Shown: one piece after another, positions 61,467 through 64,000 of the stretch
How positions within the stretch are numbered: the first letter of the stretch is position 1
Layout of the letters: each line of letters begins with the position of its first letter
Source of the DNA: Lytechinus pictus
Lineage: Eukaryota
Length of the DNA stretch: 64,000 nt
Reading direction: 5' to 3'
Assembly: GCF_037042905.1 (NCBI RefSeq)
Contig: NC_087245.1
Location: 14,510,001-14,574,000, forward strand
Translations under genes and position numbers: made by a program
Notes under the pieces: model-generated
Database searches by the model: none
What the model was told of the DNA's origin: nothing
The model's input: the letters and a program-made list of their open reading frames with translations, nothing else

Positions 61467-61880
61467 TGTAAAGTCTGCATGGTGACTTCTTTTCAATTTT
61501 CTGGTGAAATTTTTAAAGTTACTTTCCGCGCGCCGGCTTCGAATCTTCACATGCGCGCCCCTCGATATTGGAGTACAGTTAGAGTGACGTATATTTCGTC
61601 CCCAACTGAATTTTGAAAATATGGGGATTTTCGAAAGCCTGTGGGGACGAAAAAAATTATTTGGGGATTAAACAAACTTTGGGGATTTTTTTGTCTGTTT
61701 CAGGGGATTTTGGAAGGTTTTGGTGAAAACAACAAAATTTGCTATTTTTCTGTAAAATAATGCTAATATAAAGGTGAAAAAATATGTTTATTTATTCACC
61801 TCTATGTATACGATCTACTGTAGATAGTTAACGCTGGCTTATCCCAATCATGGTTCCCAACTTTTCAAGAAAACAAAAAT

Positions 61881-62465
61881 CCCTGATATCTCTGATGAAG
61901 TTTTAAAATTCCTTGATAATTATTTAAACCCATTCCCAGTTTCTCATGTTTTCTAAGTTGTTACAGTGAATTACATGTATTATTATTATTTTAGTTATGC
62001 ATGTATAATTAATGTACCAGTAGGTCTATACTTGTATTGTAGTAGAAGAGGCTACACTAAAAAAAACCCACCATAACATGTCATTCAATGAATGTTGTTT
62101 TAATATACAACAAAATATAACAGAGTCTCACTGACTATCATGCTTTCAACTTTTGGGCCGATCAAAATTCCCTGATATCTCTGATGAAGTTTTAAAATTC
62201 CTTGATAATTATTTAAACCCATTCCCAGTTTCTCATGTTTTCTAAGTTGTTACAGTGAATTACATGTATTATTATTATTTTAGTTATGCATGTATAATTA
62301 ATGTACCAGTAGGCCTATACTTGTATTGTAGTAGAAGAGGCTACACTAAAAAAAAACCACCATAACATGTCATTCAATGAATGTTGTTTTAATATACAAC
62401 AAAATATAACAGAGTCTCACTGACTATAATGCTTTCAACTTTTGGGCCGATCAAAATTCCCTGAT
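61881..62465. repeat. Near-perfect 289-bp tandem duplication
   Basis: CCCTGAT anchor at 61881, 62170 and 62459. Confidence 0.9.
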
Positions 62466-63397
62466 TTTGCCCTCATTTGAGGCATTTTCCCCGGAATTGA
62501 GGCAATCCCTGACTGGAAAAACATTTTTTTAAATCCCTGATTTCCTTGATTTCCCTGATGGGGCGGGAACCTTGCCAATCCATTTTAAGGAAGAGGCGAA
62601 GAAGTAGAACAAAAACAGAATGAGAAGATATATAAGATGAATGACTACTGTGGTGATAACTGATAAAGGTCTGCAAGCGTAGACTACATGTATACTATGT
62701 TATTACACGTCAGAATGATGTGGCTGCTACCAAGATGGTCAGAGTGATGTTGTCGCAGCTAACCCAATAGACCTGTATAGTGTTATCAAACTATATCTAA
62801 CTGGTCTGTTATTTGCCTCCAAACTTACTATTGAAATAACTAAACAAATATTCATAACAAAATTGCATGATCTAATGGCTTTGTAAGTTTTGGAATCCCC
62901 CAAACTGCATAACTAGGCCATCAAGTTCAAGTATCGTCCGTAATGGTGCATAACAATGATTTAAAAGAGGCATAAACATGTTTACCAGATACGTATCCAC
63001 ACAATCAATTACATTATATTTTCGTTCCTTTCTTCATAATAATTTTATTCTGATGAAACCCCGCCATTCGACCATTATAAGCTACAAGGTCCCCAACTTA
63101 TTGTTCTGTAAATGTGCATGCGGTGATGTAATGATTATGAGTATGATATAATTTTTATCATCATCTTATAATCGATATACAGGCCTAATTATGAGAATTA
63201 TTTTATTAGAATAATTAATTTGATGAGCGACTATATTGTCATCGATAGTCCTTCACGGTGAGGTTTTGCGCCCACCAGCTCTACCCCTCCGGATCCTGGC
63301 GATATTTATTAACTGATGCATGGTATTTATCCATTACGTACCATATTTGCTAATTCTAGATAAAATGAATAATAATGATGCTATATTAGAATAAATG

Positions 63398-63872
63398 GAC
63401 ATTAGACCAAGTGTGAATTAGACCAAATAGAAATTAGACCAAGTGACGATTAGCCCAACTGGTCATTAGACCAATTGGTCATTAGACCATTTGGCTATTA
63501 GACCAAGTGGTCATTAGACCAATTGGATATTAGACCAAGTGGAAATTAGACCAAGTGGAAATTAGACCAAACGGTCATTAGACCATGTGGCAATTAGACA
63601 AAGTGATAATTAGACCAAGTGGAAATTAGCCAAAGTGGAAATTAGACCAATTGGTGTTAGACCAACTGAAAATTAGACTAAATGATTTTAGCCCAACTGG
63701 TCATTAGACCAATTGGATATTAGACCAAGTGGGAATTAGACGAAATGGATATTAGACCAAGTGGAAATTAGCCCAACTGGTTATTAGCCCAAATGGAAAT
63801 TAGACGAATTGGATATTAGACCAAGTGGGAATTAGACGAATTGGATATTAGACGAACTGGTTGTAGACGAAA
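63398..63872 (-). repeat. Reverse-complement array (ATTAGACCAAGTGG), right arm
   Basis: Same unit in the opposite orientation. Confidence 0.9.
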
Positions 63873-64000
63873 GTTTGGCTAATCGTCACTTGGTCTAATT
63901 TCCATTTGGTCTAATTCACACTTGGTCTAATGTCCATTTATTCTAATATAGCATCATTATTATTCATTTTATCTAGATTTAGCAAATATGGTACGTAATG

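Noticed and set aside
60944..63872. Short repeat arrays as a CRISPR array
   Set aside because: Units are degenerate, separated by only a few bases with no unique spacers; no cas genes; eukaryotic intron context

Overview
AT-rich eukaryotic DNA with GT-AG introns. The repeat style suggests a sea urchin or similar marine deuterostome (inference). I reconstructed three genes by hand from splice sites and reading-frame phase. (1) A large minus-strand gene (ATG at 40126, 37 exons, about 2416 codons, running off the left edge) encoding signal peptide - CUB x5 - (C-type lectin + FN3) x6 - CUB x4 or more. All six lectin and all six FN3 modules carry a conserved extra cysteine. (2) A minus-strand 7-exon gene (52721-48475, about 430 aa) encoding an unrecognised single-pass membrane protein with a short N-glycosylated ectodomain and cytoplasmic tyrosine motifs. 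(3) The first coding exon of a plus-strand SLC16/MCT-like MFS transporter (59956). Introns and intergenic DNA contain many non-autonomous DNA transposons with readable TIRs and TSDs (hAT-like, Harbinger-like, a deleted piggyBac), tRNA-derived SINEs, a DR1-bearing tandem repeat, a 175-bp hairpin, and a foldback-like element with an inverted duplication at the right edge. No database searches were run, so novelty claims are untested.
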